The translations under genes and the position numbers were made by a program. Positions 60,886 through 64,000 of a stretch of DNA of 64,000 bases are shown piece after piece; position 1 is the first letter of the stretch; the number at the start of each line of letters is the position of its first letter. The DNA lies in NCBI RefSeq assembly GCF_004010195.1, contig NC_057749.1, forward strand, positions 19,921,570 through 19,985,569, read 5' to 3'. The notes under the pieces were generated by a model, which had not been told where the DNA came from, made no database searches, and saw only the letters and a program-made list of their open reading frames with translations. The DNA comes from Chiloscyllium plagiosum. Its lineage: Eukaryota.

Positions 60886-62224
60886 TACCATTAAGTGGTT
60901 TCATTCTTCGGGGTCTAGCACTGCCCCATTTCTCAGGGCTACCTACATAGTAGCAAATAGGCTATCCTTGATACATTTTAAAAGTGCCATCCTGTCTAAT
61001 CCTTTCTCTCAAACTGATCCTGGTTAATTTTAGAATAGTTAAAATCCCTTCTTCAACTCAACTTTTCTGATTTGCTGACATATCTGTTCCTCCATCTCCC
61101 TCTGACTGTTGGGAGACCTGTAATGTAATCTTAGCAAAGTAACTTTTTTAAATGGAAGCTATCTGGGTAGATCTTAGTCTTCTATTGAGAAACAATCACT
61201 GTAGTTTTGTCATGCCTCCCACCTCTTACTATACTTCTCTAACCCCTTCCCACCCAATCCTGCCTGGAAAAAAATCCTATAACCTTGTAATCTTGATGTC
61301 GTCGTCCTGCCCTCCCTTCAACTGTTTGATTGCAACAATATCATTCCCAATTCTGATCAATGCTCTAAGCTTATTCAAGTTACCAGTTAAACGTCTTGAA
61401 TTAAAAATATACAATTTAACTTCAGTCCACCCATGTGCCTAAATCTTCTCCATTTTGGACTGTCCTGGTATTCTTTCTAAATCTGATTTGACCTTGCTCC
61501 TGACTTCATGTGCCCCATGTCCTGCCAAATTTAGTTTAAACCTCCCCAATAGCACAAGCAAACTTCCCAGCAAGGATACTGAATGTGCCTTGTTCAGGTG
61601 CAACCCATCCAATTGACTAGCCAGCTGGTTTGCTATCTCGAGTAACACTAATGCATGAATTGAATCCCTCCCCTTGTTTTGTGACAAGATTGCTTCCAGA
61701 TGAAACCACCACCAATTGTTTCTTGTTAGAGTGCTGCCCTCTGGTAGGACGAGAGTGACTTTACTGACCGTCTTTTTGATCAGAACTTCAATATCAGCAT
61801 TTTGGTACAGTACTTTGTATGGAAATTTGAAGATTGCAAAAGTTGGATAAATGTAATCACTTTAACACTCTCTCTAGATGTGAAATATTTATTAGTGTTA
61901 GTGTTTCAGCTAGTACCAAATATTCTGAACTGGGTATATCCAAAAGGTGCTATTTCTTTCCACGTAAATCACAAATATTACTGGTAGGCATAGAGGTGGT
62001 GGCCTCATGCTATGGAGCAGCTGTTTGTACTCTGGTAAAATGTCAGCTGCCTTGTTGCTATTGTTGTCAGTAGAATGGAGTTTTCTTTGACCTCTTGCAA
62101 GTATCTGGTAAAGGCTAGTAAACGATTCTCTGCATGAGGCAAAAGTTACTTTTTTTTAAAAAAAAGTAATGAGCAGAGAGAGCTGACCATCCTGTCCCCT
62201 CATGTTTGGGTAAGTAGTGTGATC

Positions 62225-62320
62225 AATGAAAGGCTTATGCCCTAAATGTTCTCCTGCTCCTTGGATACTGCCTGACCTGCTGTGCTTTTCTAGCACCCCA
62301 CTCTTGACTGATCGAGATGG
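62225..62320 (+). mobile_element. Penelope-like terminal repeat fragment with a decayed hammerhead core
   Basis: caatgaaaggcttatgccctaaatgttctcctgctccttggatactgcctgacctgc matches the 10392/15099 family. Confidence 0.65.
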
Positions 62321-62794
62321 GGGCTGGTATTTCGACTAAAAGCCTGTTCAAGTGCTTAGCTGCCTGAACTCCCTTCCAGATTGAAGATGAGGAAGGAGTC
62401 TGCAGAATGCTGCCATCACGAGCTGCTAGATCAGCACACCAAGCTAATTGCCCCTCTGGGATCTGTGAAATGCACTTGCTGTCCACAATTGTGGACTGTA
62501 TAGTTTCTCCTGTCTCGACTTATATCTTAACTGTTGCTCAAGTTACTTAATTATTTGCTGCCTATTTAAGTTTAGGAGTTATAGAAACCCATCTTGTGTT
62601 AAAGATCAAGTACTATTGTAGACTTTGGTTCTATAGACAATAAATGCTTTAAGGGTCACTTTCACAGGCTTAACTGGCAATCTTGCTGGCAAGAGTACAA
62701 ACTGCACTATGGCAAATGGGAGGTTTTAAATAGCTAAACTTGGGAAATGGTAATCTGTAAAATAACATTAATGCATCAACTCAACAGCTGATGC

Positions 62795-63940
62795 CATTTC
62801 CACCACACTCTCTATCTGGTTTCACCCACCTGGAGAAAGAGGACACCTACACAAGACTACTGTACAGAGCCTTCAGTTCTGCATTTAACATTCCTTAGCA
62901 CCTGACTGGAAAACTGAGTCTGCTGGACTTTTGAATACTTCCCTGTGTGGTTTGCATCCTGGACTACCTGACTGGGAGACCTCTGTCAGCCCAGATTAGG
63001 AACAGCATCTCCAACACTATCACACTGAGCACGGGGGATGGGGGGGGCACTGCTGTTCATCCTGCTGACACACTGCTGTGATTCGTAGCTCAAATCACAT
63101 GTTTGCTGATATGACTAGTGGGTCTCATCAGGAATGACCAGTCAACACAGAGGTGCAGTGGCTAACTGACTGATGTAGAGCCAACAACTGTCTCAGAACG
63201 TGGACAAAATTAAAGAGATGGTTGTTGACTTTAGGAGGGCATGGAGCAACCACACAGCTGGACATCTGCTCCCCTGTGGAGATAGTGAACAGCACCAAAT
63301 TTCTTAGTGTCCACTGGTGGAGAATCTTACCTGGTTCCCCCAACACCAGCTCTGAAGCCAAGAAAGCATAGAAGCATCTCTTTCCTGCGTAGGTTGAGGA
63401 AAAACCAACTTCCCATCCTCTCCACATTCTACGGAGGTTTCATTGAGAGTATCCTGAGCTGCTGCATCACTGCCTGGTTCAGGAATTGTACCTTCTCTGA
63501 TCGTAAGACCCTATAATGGGTAGTGACGATAGCGGAGAAGATCATCAGGATCTCTCTTCCCTCACCACACACTGCATCCAAAAGGATAAAAGTATTGTTG
63601 AAGATCCCTCCCTCAAACTCTTCTCCTCCTGCCATCTGGTAGAAAATACCAGAGCATATGGTATCTCATGGCTAGACCATGCACAGTTTCTTCTCCCAAG
63701 CCACCAGGCTCTTTACATGGTATGATCTCACACACCATCTGAAATTCTTTGCACGTCTTTGAATTGCTGCCAGTACAATGCCTATTAATTGTTCTTTTAT
63801 TACTCTAATTTGTGTGTTTTGCACTTCTTATGCACTGTCACCCTGTGTAGTTTGTGCAGTCTTTGTAGTCCTGGAGGAACACTCATATTTACTGTACCAG
63901 TTGTATATAATTGGAATGACAAAAAGCTACTGTACTCTAA
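62795..63940 (+). mobile_element. Rex1/Babar-like LINE fragment (RT to 3' end)
   Basis: Contains cacctggagaaagaggacacctac, cagttctgcatttaac (SSAFN), ctggactacctgactgggagacc and the peptide FLRRLRK...FYGGFIESILSCCITAWFRNCT..DRKTL. Confidence 0.75.
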
Positions 63941-64000
63941 CCATGTCCATCAGGTAAGGATTCCAGTTACTCCTACTCACTGGAATGTGATTTGACTTCT

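Larger units (their letters stand above)
57650..61690 (-). mobile_element. Cluster of decayed CR1 pieces including an ORF1 esterase remnant
   Basis: TTGEVPDDCRIGNVVPLFKG...NYRPVNLT at 57630-57830; LDGLHLN at 61439-61687. Confidence 0.75.

Noticed and set aside
1..64000. ORF-track entries as independent genes or an operon-like system
   Set aside because: The sequence is intron-containing vertebrate DNA. The ORFs are CPEB1 exons with intronic read-through, frameshifted transposon fragments, their antisense frames, or chance ORFs with GTG/TTG starts.

Overview
Eukaryotic (vertebrate) genomic DNA. The repeat content (HE1/V-SINE-like and DeuSINE-like SINEs, abundant CR1 LINEs, Penelope-like elements) suggests a cartilaginous fish, probably a shark; this is inference. 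The window holds most of a plus-strand CPEB1 gene (cytoplasmic polyadenylation element-binding protein 1). Ten coding exons from 4345 to the TAA at 52344 were read by hand. All have GT-AG junctions and a continuous reading frame encoding the PEST/phospho-regulatory region, RRM1, RRM2 and the ZZ zinc finger. A ~1.4-1.9 kb 3' UTR follows, with CPE, Pumilio and miRNA-seed motifs. The 5'-most exon(s) were not found and probably lie before position 1. Two large introns (27.8 kb and 11.8 kb) and the downstream flank are filled with degenerate CR1, Rex1/Babar, SINE, Penelope-like and one hAT element. Most ORF-track entries are transposon debris or noise. I cannot claim a new protein-coding system. 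The most unusual signals are non-coding: (i) minimal hammerhead-ribozyme cores in Penelope-like terminal repeats, with one inverted insertion folding back at the predicted cleavage site; (ii) repeated local inverted duplications of different ages (160-370 bp arms) plus a micro-inversion; (iii) a ~99% identical ~680-bp tract shared by two decayed CR1 copies that flank the CPEB1 RNA-binding exons. Transposon boundaries are approximate; exon boundaries are exact.
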